A DNA stretch of 63,748 nt from the NCBI GenBank assembly GCA_046290225.1, contig JBKAGE010000056.1:1-63748 (forward strand), in the 5' to 3' direction. Below the pieces are notes generated by a model, which was given only the letters and a program-made list of their open reading frames with translations, had not been told where the DNA came from and searched no databases. Source of the stretch: Bradymonadia bacterium. GTDB taxonomy: Bacteria > Myxococcota_A > Bradymonadia > UBA7976 > UBA1532. The position numbers and the translations under genes were made by a program. Positions 63,666 through 63,748 of this stretch are shown one piece after another; the stretch's first letter is position 1; each line of letters starts with the position of its first letter.

Positions 63666-63748
63666 GTACGTCAGGCCAAGCCTGTTTGAACATGTCAGAT
63701 GAAAGGTGCTGACCATGTGAATTGCTCGTTCGACATGTAGACCGCCAG

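Overview
GC-rich chromosomal window with a gene content typical of Myxococcota/Bradymonadia-like deltaproteobacteria (MYXO-CTERM tails, DUF2330, giant TPR protein, Cys-rich lipoproteins, three Ser/Thr kinases). The taxon is inferred from gene content, not established. Housekeeping genes: glnS, class II ribonucleotide reductase nrdJ (two perfect DnaA boxes and two NrdR boxes upstream), clpS and clpA. I saw no rRNA, tRNA, CRISPR array, transposase or phage gene. Signals most worth following up: (1) four copies of a ~160-175 bp intergenic long-hairpin element whose stems vary in sequence but keep pairing, with G-T wobbles favouring one strand; an inverted pair of these splits clpS from clpA; (2) a kinase-coupled operon encoding a CxCH cytochrome-like lipoprotein, a porin carrying CxxCH and a Tat ferritin-like lipoprotein; (3) a Macro-SIR2 fusion; (4) a MoxR ATPase plus bpX5-like gene with no vWA partner; (5) several unusual domain architectures. 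All family assignments come from motif recognition by eye; no database searches were run.
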